A stretch of DNA of 64,000 nt from Candidatus Dormiibacterota bacterium (GCA_036564925.1 DATCOB010000025.1:6708-70707); one strand, 5' to 3'. Positions 47,890 through 58,118 are shown, counted from the first letter of the stretch. A program made the numbers and translations. The notes: generated by a model from the sequence alone, not told the origin.

Positions 47890-49518
47890 ATGCTGAGAAG
47901 CAGGACTCGCACCATACGCAGGCGCGCTGTTGCGCGATTTGGAGTCCCCGCCGCCCTGACGGCCCTGGTCGTCGCCGCGTCTCCGGTGACGTCCGCGATC
48001 ACGGCGCATGCGACCGGCACGATGCAGAACTACATCGTTCTCTACAGCGCCTCGGCGGTACCCGCCGATGCCTCCGCCAGCATTGCCAGGGCGGGAGGGT
48101 CGCTCGTCTACAGTTACGGCCAGATCGGTGTGGCGATCGCCCGTTCCGATAGCACGACGTTCCGTTCGGACGTCATGAAGGACACCCGGATCGAGAACGC
48201 CTCGGCAACCGGTGGGTTCGCGACCAGGCTTCCGGACGAGCAGGCTCCGGCAAACGATGCATCCGGGCCCCTGCCAGGCGACCTGCCGAATGCGCCCGCC
48301 ACCGACGGTGACACGTTCTCGGGCCTCCAGTGGGACATGCGGCAGATCCACACACCCGAGGCGCATGCAATCACCGGCGGAAGTCCCTTAGTGCTGGCGG
48401 GTGACATCGATACCGGCATTGATTTCCACCACCCAGATCTCAGGCAGAACATCGACGTCGCGGACAGTGTCAATTGCACCAGTGGCGTGCCGGTTCCGGG
48501 CCTCGCTGCGCAGGACGACAACGGCCACGGGACGCACACCGCCGGCACCATCGCCGCCGCATCGAATGGGATCGGGATTGTCGGCGTAGCCCCCAACGTG
48601 AAGATCGCCGCCATCAAGGCGGGCGACGCGGCCGGATTCTTCTTTCCGGAATCTGTTGTCTGCGCCTTCGTGTGGGCGGGGACGCACCATGTCGACGTCA
48701 CCAACAACAGCTACTTCGCGGATCCGTTTCTCTTCAACTGCAGGAACGACCCGGTGCAGCGAGCCATCTGGAAGGCGGAGCAGCGTGCCATCCGGTTCGC
48801 CATGACCCAGGGGACGGTCGTGGTCGCCGCTGAGGGCAACGAAAGCGAGGATCTTTCCCATCCGACGGTGGACGCCACCAGCCCGGACAACACCACGCCG
48901 GTCACTCGGGAGGTGACCAACGCCTGCGTGGTCATCCCGGTTGAGATCTCGGGCGTCATCGGCGTCACCGCCGATGGGAGCGCCAGGCAGGTGGATAGCA
49001 ACGGCCAGCCGAACGGCTATCTCAAGTCGTTCTACTCAAATTTTGGCGTTGCGACAGCCAATGTTGTGGCCCCCGGTGGGGATAGCATCTTTGGCCGAAC
49101 TCCGCAAGCCGTTAACGGTCGGGTCCTGTCGACCTGGCCACCGGATCAATTTTGCCGCCGTAGTAAGACCGAGCACACTAGCGACCCTGAAGAGCCGACT
49201 GCCGTCTACTGCTACCTCCAGGGGACGTCAATGGCCTCGCCACACGTCGCCGGCGTCGCCGCGTTGATCATCAGCCGGTTCGGGAACCTCAGCTCGCCGC
49301 AGAACGGCAAGATGCGGCCGGGCCAGGTCCAGGCCTACATCGACCAGACCGCGGATCCGCAACCCTGCCCGGCGACGTTTCCTCCGGGGTACCTATTGTT
49401 CACCGGTCAAGACGACAACCAGGTGCAAACATGCCAGGGTGGCACAGGCCACAACTCCTGGTACGGGAATGGCCAGGTTAACGCCTTGAAAGCGATCACC
49501 CACACGCCGAGTAACTAG
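47890..49518 (+). CDS. S8-family (subtilisin-like) secreted serine peptidase
   Basis: Signal peptide; catalytic D (DIDTGID), H (DDNGHGTHTAG), S (GTSMASPHVAG). Confidence 0.9.
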   Translation: MLRSRTRTIRRRAVARFGVPAALTALVVAASPVTSAITAHATGTMQNYIVLYSASAVPADASASIARAGGSLVYSYGQIGVAIARSDSTTFRSDVMKDTRIENASATGGFATRLPDEQAPANDASGPLPGDLPNAPATDGDTFSGLQWDMRQIHTPEAHAITGGSPLVLAGDIDTGIDFHHPDLRQNIDVADSVNCTSGVPVPGLAAQDDNGHGTHTAGTIAAASNGIGIVGVAPNVKIAAIKAGDAAGFFFPESVVCAFVWAGTHHVDVTNNSYFADPFLFNCRNDPVQRAIWKAEQRAIRFAMTQGTVVVAAEGNESEDLSHPTVDATSPDNTTPVTREVTNACVVIPVEISGVIGVTADGSARQVDSNGQPNGYLKSFYSNFGVATANVVAPGGDSIFGRTPQAVNGRVLSTWPPDQFCRRSKTEHTSDPEEPTAVYCYLQGTSMASPHVAGVAALIISRFGNLSSPQNGKMRPGQVQAYIDQTADPQPCPATFPPGYLLFTGQDDNQVQTCQGGTGHNSWYGNGQVNALKAITHTPSN

Positions 49519-49537
49519 TCGTCAACCTCGATCTAGC

Positions 49538-49568
49538 GGCCGGGCGAGAGCCCGGCCGTTTTGCTTTT
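49538..49568. terminator. bidirectional rho-independent terminator
   Basis: GGCCGGGC-GAGA-GCCCGGCC followed by GTTTTGCTTTT. Confidence 0.55.
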
Positions 49569-49960
49569 CAGGCCGTGTTTGTCTGTGGCTGGGCGGGGCC
49601 GATGTACCGCTCGACCAGCGCAATCAGGTCGGCCAGCTCGTAGGGCTTGGTCAGGCACTCGGCGCACCCCGCCGCGATGGCGGCCTCGCGATCACCCACC
49701 ATGGCGTGCGCCGTGATCGCGACGACGGGAATGCCGGCCACGGTCGGGTCCGCCTTGAGCGCCCTGGTCGCTTCCCATCCATTCATCTCGGGCAGTGACA
49801 TGTCCATCAGGATCAGGGCGGGCTTCAGCGCGGTCGCCTTCGCCACCGCCTCGCGGCCGTTCGGTGCCAGGTCGCACACGAATCCGCGGGACCGGAGGAT
49901 CTTCAGCGCCATCTTTTGCATCATCGGGTCATCTTCAACGACGAGGATCAATGGGCTCAT
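49568..49960 (-). CDS. single-domain response regulator (receiver only)
   Basis: LILVVEDDPMM...LILMDMSLPEMNG...; ATGA overlap with upstream hybrid kinase. Confidence 0.8.
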   Translation of the reverse strand: MSPLILVVEDDPMMQKMALKILRSRGFVCDLAPNGREAVAKATALKPALILMDMSLPEMNGWEATRALKADPTVAGIPVVAITAHAMVGDREAAIAAGCAECLTKPYELADLIALVERYIGPAQPQTNTA

Positions 49961-52617
49961 GCCGCCGCCTCCCCTTGTTTTTTGCTCTGGCCGAGAACCT
50001 GGCGCACGGCCGCGGTCAGGCCCGCGGGTTCGATCGTGCCTTTGGCGATGAAGCGCTGGATGTGCCCGTTCAGGGTCAGCACGTCCTCGGCGCTGAGTTC
50101 CTTGGCGCTCACGATGATGACCGGGATTTGGGCCGCCGCAGGAAGCGCCCGCATCCGGGCGACCGTTTCGAAGCCGCTCATGCCCGGCATCATCAGATCC
50201 AGCAAGACGAGGTCGGGCGGAGCCTGCGTGATGGCGACCATCGCCTGATTTCCATCCGACGCCACCTCCACCCGGGCCCCCTCCTCGTCCAGGATCTTCG
50301 ACAGCATGGTGCGGGCTTCCGGGTCGTCGTCCACCACGAGCACGCGCTTGCCGGTCAGCTGCGGTAGCAGGTGATGGACCTTTTCCACGAGCGCGGCGCG
50401 GTCGTACGGCTTGGCCAGGTAATCGGACGCGCCCAGGGCAAAGACCAGCCGTTGATCCTCGACGATCGTAACCACCAGCACCGGCAACGCGGCCGTCTCG
50501 GGATCTTCCCGCAGCTTCTCCAGGACCCACCAGCCGGAGGCGTCGGGCATCATCATGTCGAGGGTCATCAGTACCGGCCGGCACTCGCGTGCGAGCTGCA
50601 GCGCGTCGGCGGCATTCGCGGCCTGCACGGTTTTCCAGCCCTCCTGCTCCAGGTGCCGCGCAATCAGCTTTCGAACACTCGCATCGTCGTCGACGACGAG
50701 GATGACGTTGCCGGGCAGCCCGTGGGCCGCCTTCGCGGCGAGGCGAGGCCGCGGGGTTGGGATTACGCCGACCGGCGCGGCGGCCCAGGCGGGCACCGTG
50801 AACATGAACGTGCTGCCCAGACCCGGCTCGCTCACCACGGTGATCGCGCCGCCATGCATCTCGACCAGCTTGCGCACGATGCTGAGCCCGAGGCCGGTGC
50901 CCCCGTGGCGCCGAGTGCTACTGCCGTCGCCCTGAACGAACTCCTCGAAGATCACCTTCTGCGATTCCGCCGACACGCCGATGCCGGTGTCCTTGACGGC
51001 GATCCGGACCATACGGCCGGATGGCTGGACAATGACCTCGATATGTCCCCGATCGGTGAACTTCACCGCATTCGACAGGAGGTTGATCAGGATCTGCTTG
51101 AGGCGCACGCCGTCGGCCTCGACCGCCGGAAGGTTGAACGGAAACCGCGTCTCGATCCGCAGACCCTTCTGCTGCGCCAGCGGCCGGATGCTGTCGAGGA
51201 CCGCGTTGATCAAGCCAGGCAACTCCAGCCGCTCGAGCGTCAGCTCCATTTTCCCGGCTTCGATCTTGCTCAGGTCCAGGATTTGATTGATGAGGTTGAG
51301 CAAGGACTGGCCGCTCCGATTCACCTGCTGGATGTCCTGCTGCTGCTCCTCGTTCAGGGGTCCGTCGATGCCGTCCAACAGGATCTGGGAGAACCCGATG
51401 ATCGCGGAGAGCGGCGTTCGCAACTCATGGGAGACGTTGGCCAGAAACTCCGATTTCAGCTTGTTGGCTCGCGCCAGCTCCTGGTTCGCCGTCTGCAATT
51501 CGCCGGTACGCTGTGACACCTTCTCTTCCAGGGTCTGGTAGGCGCCCGTCAGCTGGCGCGCCATCTGGTTGAAGGTCTGCGCCAGCGTGAGGAGCTCGCG
51601 GGCAGCGAATCCCTCGCGGACCCGAGCCGGGGTCGCAAAGTCGCCCTGGGCGATGCGGGCTGCCGCGCGATTCAGCTCGCCGACCGGACGGGAAAGCCAG
51701 CCAGCCGCAAGGAAGGCTAGCACCAGCGCGAGCACGACGGCCACCAGCAGCCATTCGAGGGTGCTGAGAATCAAGGGTGTCAATTCCGCCCGCAACTCGG
51801 CGACGGACTGCGAGACCCAGACCTTCCACCCGAGCACCGGCACGGTGGCAAAACCCGCGGCGCGGGGTACGTTCCCATCGAGATCCGTGTACCAGCTCAC
51901 GCCGCGTTCGTGGCCCAGTGACTGCTGGAAGATCGCCTCCGAGGAGAGGTCCTTGGCCCGCAGGCGCCAGTCGTCCCGCGGATGCGCGATCACCCGTCCC
52001 CGGCTGTCGACCACGATCGCCTGGCCGCTGACGCCGATCTGGCTGTAGATCGAGAGACGCTGAACCTCGGACAGGCCCACGGTCCCGGCCAGGAATCCGA
52101 TCAGGCGCCTCTGGCTGTCGAGGATGGGGACCGCGATCACGACCGCGGCGACGCTCGTGTCGCCTCGCGACCGCACGACATCCGAATACCTGGGCCCCAT
52201 CCGCCTGGGATTGAGCACCTCTCTGACATAATTCCACTCGCTGTAGTCGATACCCACGCCCGCCACCGGGTCCGAGGCAACCGCTCGTCCGGCCAGGTTC
52301 CCGACGTACAGTTGCAAGAGGGCCGGCTCGGCGGAATGGGCTGCGGCGAGCTCCTGGTTCAGGTGGGCCGGATTGAAACCGGGCCCATTGATGCGGCCGA
52401 TGCTGGAGTCGTTGTCGGATTCGATCTGCGAGGCGGTGCTCTGAAGGGCGGCCGTCTGAGCCAGCAGATAGCCGTACACCGCCTGGGCCAGCGTTTCCGC
52501 CATGGGCTCATGCTTCTGCTGGATAGTCTCGTTCTGCGTGGTGAACAACGACGAGATGCGTTGGGCGCCGAAGAATACGAGGGGCCCCACGGCGACCATC
52601 AAAAAGCCCACGCTCAT
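49957..52617 (-). CDS. hybrid sensor histidine kinase (periplasmic sensor + HAMP + HisKA + HATPase + two REC domains)
   Basis: H-box LANVSHELRTPLSAIIGFSQ, HATPase, two C-terminal receiver domains (VILVVDDD..., RVLVVDDD...); two TM segments flanking ~300-aa extracytoplasmic domain. Confidence 0.85.
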   Translation of the reverse strand: MSVGFLMVAVGPLVFFGAQRISSLFTTQNETIQQKHEPMAETLAQAVYGYLLAQTAALQSTASQIESDNDSSIGRINGPGFNPAHLNQELAAAHSAEPALLQLYVGNLAGRAVASDPVAGVGIDYSEWNYVREVLNPRRMGPRYSDVVRSRGDTSVAAVVIAVPILDSQRRLIGFLAGTVGLSEVQRLSIYSQIGVSGQAIVVDSRGRVIAHPRDDWRLRAKDLSSEAIFQQSLGHERGVSWYTDLDGNVPRAAGFATVPVLGWKVWVSQSVAELRAELTPLILSTLEWLLVAVVLALVLAFLAAGWLSRPVGELNRAAARIAQGDFATPARVREGFAARELLTLAQTFNQMARQLTGAYQTLEEKVSQRTGELQTANQELARANKLKSEFLANVSHELRTPLSAIIGFSQILLDGIDGPLNEEQQQDIQQVNRSGQSLLNLINQILDLSKIEAGKMELTLERLELPGLINAVLDSIRPLAQQKGLRIETRFPFNLPAVEADGVRLKQILINLLSNAVKFTDRGHIEVIVQPSGRMVRIAVKDTGIGVSAESQKVIFEEFVQGDGSSTRRHGGTGLGLSIVRKLVEMHGGAITVVSEPGLGSTFMFTVPAWAAAPVGVIPTPRPRLAAKAAHGLPGNVILVVDDDASVRKLIARHLEQEGWKTVQAANAADALQLARECRPVLMTLDMMMPDASGWWVLEKLREDPETAALPVLVVTIVEDQRLVFALGASDYLAKPYDRAALVEKVHHLLPQLTGKRVLVVDDDPEARTMLSKILDEEGARVEVASDGNQAMVAITQAPPDLVLLDLMMPGMSGFETVARMRALPAAAQIPVIIVSAKELSAEDVLTLNGHIQRFIAKGTIEPAGLTAAVRQVLGQSKKQGEAAA

Positions 52618-52759
52618 GTACCAGCGGAGGGTGTGGACCGACGACAGTCGCGGGTCCGAACCAGATTGGTGTGAAGGCGACCCCACACGGCAGTAACGTC
52701 CCACCGCCGCCAACTTTGCTGTCGCGGCGGCGTGCTCTCGTTACCGGCTCGTTACTCTT

Positions 52760-53464
52760 TTGGCCATGGCAGGCCTGCGGGCGCGAGATCGGGCTGGACT
52801 GGCGGTCGACCGGCTCAAGGCGACATACGTTGCCGCCTCCGAACTCGAGCATAAAAACCCCTTCCAGATGTTGATCGCCACCATCCTGTCGGCGCAGACC
52901 ACCGACCGCGCCGTCAACTCCGTGACACCGGCCCTGTTCGCGAGATACCCGGATGCGAGCGCGCTGGCGCACGCCGATCCCTCGGTTGTGGAGGCGATCG
53001 TCAAACCGACGGGCTTCTTCCATGTCAAAGCCAAAACGATCATCGCGGCTAGCGGGGTCCTCGTCGATCGCTTCGAGGGCCAGGTGCCGCCCCGGATGGA
53101 GGACCTCGTGACCCTGCCGGGGGTGGGCCGCAAGACCGCCAACGTCGTGCTCGGTGTCGCGTTTGGTATCCCGGGGTTCGCGGTCGACACCCATGTGACC
53201 CGGTTGAGCGCCCGCCTTGGCCTGACCAAGAGCGTGGATCCGGTGAAGATCGAGGCGGATGTGACGCGGATCGTGCCGCCGGCCGAGTGGACCGGCCTGA
53301 GCCTTCGGCTGATCCTCCACGGTCGCCGCGTGTGCGTGGCGCGGGCGCCCCGGTGTGCGGAATGTGTCATGAAGGACTTCTGCCCCTCCTCGACCGTCCG
53401 GCTGAATTCCCGGACGGCGGGACGGCGCCCGCGATCGGTGGCCGTCGCCATTGCGGATAATTGA
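52760..53464 (+). CDS. nth: endonuclease III
   Basis: HhH-GPD (LVTLPGVGRKTANVV), [4Fe-4S] Cys cluster CVARAPRCAECVMKDFC. Confidence 0.9.
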   Translation: MAMAGLRARDRAGLAVDRLKATYVAASELEHKNPFQMLIATILSAQTTDRAVNSVTPALFARYPDASALAHADPSVVEAIVKPTGFFHVKAKTIIAASGVLVDRFEGQVPPRMEDLVTLPGVGRKTANVVLGVAFGIPGFAVDTHVTRLSARLGLTKSVDPVKIEADVTRIVPPAEWTGLSLRLILHGRRVCVARAPRCAECVMKDFCPSSTVRLNSRTAGRRPRSVAVAIADN

Positions 53465-54515
53465 TGTCGTGCGCATAGGGGTGCTGACCGGTGGTGGCGA
53501 TGCCCCGGGGCTCAACGCCGCGATCCGTGGGGTCACGCGACGGGCCTTCGAGCACGGCATGCAGGTCACCGGCGTCAAGAACGGATGGGCGGGGACGTTG
53601 CAGGCGGGTGACTTCGAGGAACTCACCTTTGCCTCGGTCCGCGGCATTCTACCGCTCGGTGGCACAATCCTCGGCACGTCGCGGACGAATCCGCTCAAAG
53701 AGGCGGGTGGGGTCGGTGAGTCCATCCGCGTATTGCGAAGCAACGGTATCGACGGCCTGGTCGCCATCGGCGGTGACGACACGCTGTCGGTGGCCGCGGC
53801 GATGAGCGACGCCGGTTATCCGGTCGTTGGCGTCCCCAAGACCATCGACAATGACCTCTCGGCCACCGAGTTCTGCATCGGCTTCGATACGGCGGTCGGC
53901 GTCGTCGTGGAAGCGCTGGATCGCCTGCATACAACGGCCTCCGCCCACCATCGCGTGATGGTGGTCGAGGTTATGGGCCGGGACACGGGCTGGGTCGCCA
54001 TGGTCGGTGGTCTCGCCGGGGGCGCCGACCTGATTCTCATCCCCGAGTTCCCTGCCGCCCTGGAGGATGTGGTCCAGCATCTGCATCGTCGCCGCGGGGA
54101 GGGCAAGGACTTCAGCATCATCGTGGTGGCGGAGGGGGTCAAGATGCAGGCGCTTCAGCCTGCCGCGGTGGTGGCGGCAGCAGCCGCTGAGAAGCGGGAT
54201 GCCTTCGGCCACGTCCAATTAGCCAAGCAGGGTGTGGGCGATGCGCTCAGCACCCGCATCGAGGAGGCGACGGGCTTTGAGACGCGGGTCACCGTCCTGG
54301 GCCACCTGCAGCGGGGGGGCTCCCCGTCTCCGGTCGACCGCATTTGGGCGACCCGCCTGGGTGTCGCCGCGGCGGACCTCTTGGCGGCGAAGAAAAGTGG
54401 ACTGATTCCGGTGCGCCAGGATGGGGACGTCAAGATCGTGCCCTTACGCGAAGTCGTCGCGGAAACTCGACGTGTCCCACGGGACCTGTTCGAGTTGCAG
54501 GAGGTCTTCGGCTAG
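53451..54515 (+). CDS. pfkA: 6-phosphofructokinase
   Basis: RIGVLTGGGDAPGLNAAIRGV, GGDDT(L)S, PKTIDNDL motifs; TTG start. Confidence 0.9.
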   Translation: MRIIDVVRIGVLTGGGDAPGLNAAIRGVTRRAFEHGMQVTGVKNGWAGTLQAGDFEELTFASVRGILPLGGTILGTSRTNPLKEAGGVGESIRVLRSNGIDGLVAIGGDDTLSVAAAMSDAGYPVVGVPKTIDNDLSATEFCIGFDTAVGVVVEALDRLHTTASAHHRVMVVEVMGRDTGWVAMVGGLAGGADLILIPEFPAALEDVVQHLHRRRGEGKDFSIIVVAEGVKMQALQPAAVVAAAAAEKRDAFGHVQLAKQGVGDALSTRIEEATGFETRVTVLGHLQRGGSPSPVDRIWATRLGVAAADLLAAKKSGLIPVRQDGDVKIVPLREVVAETRRVPRDLFELQEVFG

Positions 54516-56929
54516 GCGCTTCGGCGTTTCTGCTTGTAGAGCGTCACGTCCGCCGCCGACAGCAACTCATCGGCCGTCCGGCCGTCCTGGGGGAAGGTCG
54601 CCACGCCGAGGCTGACGCCCGGAATGTGCAACAGCTCCCGCCCGGCCATGAAGCGATGACGGGCGATGCCATCTGTGATGCGCTGGGCGACCACGCTCGC
54701 CGCCGGGCCTGGCGTGGCTGGGAGAAGGACGACGAACTCGTCGCCACCGTAGCGCGCGACGACGTCGGCGCCGCGAACGGCATCGGTGAGCGCATTGGCG
54801 ACTTCCCTCAGCAAGGCGTCGCCGGCCAGGTGTCCATAGGTGTCGTTGATTCGCTTCAGATCGTTGACATCCAGGAAGACGACCGAAAAGCTTTCCTGCG
54901 CCGCGTCGGCGCGGGCGATCTCCTGATGAATCCGGTCAACGAACAGCCGGCGGTTGTTGAGGCGCGTCAGCGCGTCGTGGGTCGCCTCCCGCTTGAGCGT
55001 GTCGTGGAGTTGCGCCACCTCGACGCACGCGGCAAGTTGCGACCCGACGGCCGACATCAGCGCGATGTCGGATTCCGAGAAGGCGTTGACTGATTCGCTT
55101 TCAGCGTTGAGCACTCCGATCACCCGGCCGCGGCTGATCAGGGGGAAGGCCAGCTCAGAACGGACCTTGTCATCGAGGCCGACGTATCGCGGGTCAGCCT
55201 TGACGTCAGTGATGATCTGGGGTTTCCCGTGCTCGAAGACCCAGCCGGTGACCCCCTCGCCGATGCGAAGTGTCCGCCCGGTGATGTCGACCGCGTAACC
55301 GCTCTGGGCTCCCACGACCAGCTCGCCGAGGTTTTCGGCCGGCAACATGACCGCGACCATGTAGTAGCCCATGACTTCACGGATGATGTCGACGATGCGC
55401 TGGAGCAGGACATCGAGATCCAGGACGGCCGTGGTCTCCTGGGCGATCCGGTAGATGATGCGTAACTCTCGCGAATCGGCGACCGTGAGGACGTCGCGCG
55501 GTCCGCCGGGCGTCGCTGGTGTTTGTGGCTCGCGCATCGCCTTCTCGAATTGCAGGTACCACGGTGCCTGGCTGGCCTCTGCCTGCTCGCACATGCTGAC
55601 GAAGGCCTTCGTGAGATCCGGGTCAAGGCCAACGCCGGCAAACTGCACCAATTCCCGCAGTGCGTCACGGATTGTCGTCTCGGTTCGTGTCGGAAGGTCG
55701 AGCGTCACGTTGAAGAAAGCGTTGACGACCGCCACCACCCGAGCTTCCAGGGGGATGGCGTCGCCGGATAACCCGTCCGGATACCCGTGGCCGTTGAACC
55801 ACTCGTGGTGCGCGCGGACCAGCGGAGCCAGGTCTCTGAGCGGCGCGAAGCGACCGAGCAACTCAGCCGCGAGTACCGGGTGATTCATCATCACGGCCCG
55901 CTCTTCCGGGTCGAGCCGTTTTTGTTTCTTGATGATGCTGTCCGGCAGGCTCAGCTTGCCGAGGTCCTGCAGCAGGGCCGTGTATCGAACGCGAGCTCGG
56001 CGTGCCGGGTGGAGCTGAAGGTGCGTGACCAGTCGTTCCGCCAGCTCGGCGTGGGCGGACGCGCGGCTCTGAAGCGCCTCACGAACTTCGATCGCCCCCG
56101 CCAGCGTCAGAACGATCGCTTCCTCCATCTGCCGCGACTCGGCAAGCAGGCGGGCGGTCTCGATGGCGGCCGCCGTCTGGTTGGCGAAGGCCATGATCGC
56201 GGGCAGATCGCTCGCCTGCAGTCCGGGCCCGATGACGGTGATGGCTCCGACAACCCGGTCCTGGGTCACGAAAGGCGCCGACACCGCCGTGCGGAGATTG
56301 AGCGCGTCGACCACCTGGCGGGCGTTTCCGGCCCGGTCCGGTGACATGATCGCGGCGATCTTTCGGACCAACTCTTCGGGATCTCCGAGATACTGTGGCT
56401 CCCTCAGGTCACAGGCGCGACGCAGCGCCGGAATGCGATCCCACGGCAGGAACGGGGGCTCGGCACTATGGCCGAACAAGCGTTCGACCTCGGCCGCCTG
56501 AAGACCCACGTGCTGATGGGCGATCGTCAGGCCCGATCCATCCTCGCGGGAAAGGAAGAAGTAGGAAGCCAGGCCGACGCCGGCCAGTCGCTCCCCAACA
56601 GCGTGGAAAATCCGATCGCGGTCGAGGAGTTGCAGCGCCTCCAGGCCTGCGTGGCTGAGGGCGAGCAGCAGGGGGTCCGTGGGCGTGGGTGTGGCGGGGA
56701 TTAACGAACGAAACTGAACATAACCGGCCTCGACCAGGGATTCGGCGCGAAAGAACCAGACCCGCCCGATCTTCTCGGCCGGCAAGCGACCGGCACGCGC
56801 CTGGCGCCTGACGACCTCGGGGTGCCGTCCGATCCCGGCCGCGACCGCTTCGACCGAGAGAAGGCCGGGCAGCTTGAGCCCGGGCGTGGCTGGGGGTTGT
56901 ACGACGCGACGCTTCACTGCTCGATTCAA
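54512..56929 (-). CDS. c-di-GMP signalling protein: excisionase-type HTH + GAF + HD-GYP + GAF + GGDEF
   Basis: N-terminal HTH LSVEAVAAGIGRHPEVVRRQARAGRLPAEKIGRVWFF; HD-GYP HHEWFNGHGYPDGL; two GAF; GGDEF active site RYGGDEFVVLL. Confidence 0.85.
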   Translation of the reverse strand: MNRAVKRRVVQPPATPGLKLPGLLSVEAVAAGIGRHPEVVRRQARAGRLPAEKIGRVWFFRAESLVEAGYVQFRSLIPATPTPTDPLLLALSHAGLEALQLLDRDRIFHAVGERLAGVGLASYFFLSREDGSGLTIAHQHVGLQAAEVERLFGHSAEPPFLPWDRIPALRRACDLREPQYLGDPEELVRKIAAIMSPDRAGNARQVVDALNLRTAVSAPFVTQDRVVGAITVIGPGLQASDLPAIMAFANQTAAAIETARLLAESRQMEEAIVLTLAGAIEVREALQSRASAHAELAERLVTHLQLHPARRARVRYTALLQDLGKLSLPDSIIKKQKRLDPEERAVMMNHPVLAAELLGRFAPLRDLAPLVRAHHEWFNGHGYPDGLSGDAIPLEARVVAVVNAFFNVTLDLPTRTETTIRDALRELVQFAGVGLDPDLTKAFVSMCEQAEASQAPWYLQFEKAMREPQTPATPGGPRDVLTVADSRELRIIYRIAQETTAVLDLDVLLQRIVDIIREVMGYYMVAVMLPAENLGELVVGAQSGYAVDITGRTLRIGEGVTGWVFEHGKPQIITDVKADPRYVGLDDKVRSELAFPLISRGRVIGVLNAESESVNAFSESDIALMSAVGSQLAACVEVAQLHDTLKREATHDALTRLNNRRLFVDRIHQEIARADAAQESFSVVFLDVNDLKRINDTYGHLAGDALLREVANALTDAVRGADVVARYGGDEFVVLLPATPGPAASVVAQRITDGIARHRFMAGRELLHIPGVSLGVATFPQDGRTADELLSAADVTLYKQKRRSA

Positions 56930-56964
56930 CGAAGGAAGGTGGCGATTCCTACGTCGTACCTCGC

Positions 56965-57975
56965 GTGGATCCTCTGCCCTCAGGGCCGATGCCGGAGCGC
57001 CGTACCATCCTCGTTACGGACGACAGCAGCGCCAACCGGGACCTGCTCTCCGGCCAGCTGTCCACCCTGGGGTTCTGGACCGAAGCCGCCACCAACGGGG
57101 AGGAGGCCTACAATGCCGCCCGCCGGCTGATGCCGGACCTCATCTTGATGGACATCGAGATGCCCGTCATGAACGGGCACGACGCCTGCAAGCGTCTCAA
57201 GACCGATCCGAAAACTGCTGAGATCCCGATTCTCATGATGACGGGCTTCGATCCGCGGCCCGAACGCACGAAAATGGTCGAGTCTGGTGGCGACGACCTG
57301 ATCGTCAAGCCGGTCGCCATGCGCGACCTCCAGGTGCGGGTTCGGGCGTTGCTCCGGCTCAAAGAGTTGCGCCGTGACCTGCGGAGCACCCAGGAGAGCC
57401 TCCGCGAACTCGTCAAGAAAGAAGACCCGACCGGAGCCCGGACCCCTTTCGACGACCGGGTGGCCCTGACCGCGCAGGCGTTGGCGCGGCTCATCGGGCT
57501 GGATGCCGAGGATCAGGAGATCGCCTTTCACGCCGGACTGCTCCATGACATCGGTCAGATCGGGCTGCCCGAAGAGTTACTGAACCGCCAGGGGGCCCTG
57601 TCGCCAGAGGAGTTCGCCCGCATCCAGCAGCACACCATCCTCGGGGCCGAGCTCGCCGGGCCTTTCCGGCCGGCCACGGTCCTGGCGCCCGCCATCCGGC
57701 ACCACCACGAGCGCTGGGACGGTACCGGCTACCCGGACAAGCTGCAGGGCCCCGCGATCCCCATGATGGCCAGGATCGTCTCCGTGGCCGACGCCTTTCA
57801 TGCCCTGATCACAGACCGTCCCTACCGGCCCCGCTTCACGGTCGCCAAGGCGCTCGAGATCCTGGCGGCCGGCTCGGGAACGCAGTGGGACACGCGGCTC
57901 TGCGCCGCCTTCGCCAGCTCGTCCCTGCCCCAGCGGATCGCTGGCGTCCAGGAAGACTCGGCGAAGATCGCGTAG
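56965..57975 (+). CDS. response regulator with HD-GYP phosphodiesterase output (RpfG-like)
   Basis: REC domain (ILVTDDS...LILMDIEMPVMNG) + HD-GYP (HHHERWDGTGYPDKL). Confidence 0.9.
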   Translation: MDPLPSGPMPERRTILVTDDSSANRDLLSGQLSTLGFWTEAATNGEEAYNAARRLMPDLILMDIEMPVMNGHDACKRLKTDPKTAEIPILMMTGFDPRPERTKMVESGGDDLIVKPVAMRDLQVRVRALLRLKELRRDLRSTQESLRELVKKEDPTGARTPFDDRVALTAQALARLIGLDAEDQEIAFHAGLLHDIGQIGLPEELLNRQGALSPEEFARIQQHTILGAELAGPFRPATVLAPAIRHHHERWDGTGYPDKLQGPAIPMMARIVSVADAFHALITDRPYRPRFTVAKALEILAAGSGTQWDTRLCAAFASSSLPQRIAGVQEDSAKIA

Positions 57976-58042
57976 TCCTCTTCCTCTAAGAAAAGTCGGG
58001 CCGCGCCCGTGGGCCGCGGACCGACACGCGCCGCATGCACCC

Positions 58043-58078
58043 GTGTTAAGTCTCTGTGGCAGAAGGCCTTAGTAGGCC
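58043..58078 (+). repeat. copy C of the AAGTCTCTGTG...GAAG...TAGTAGGCC motif
   Basis: GTGTTAAGTCTCTGTGGCAGAAGGCCTTAGTAGGCC in the convergent spacer between the HD-GYP regulator and pilA. Confidence 0.55.
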
Positions 58079-58118
58079 AATGCGGAAGGGCTGGCTCATA
58101 CCAACTGCCTAGAAACGG

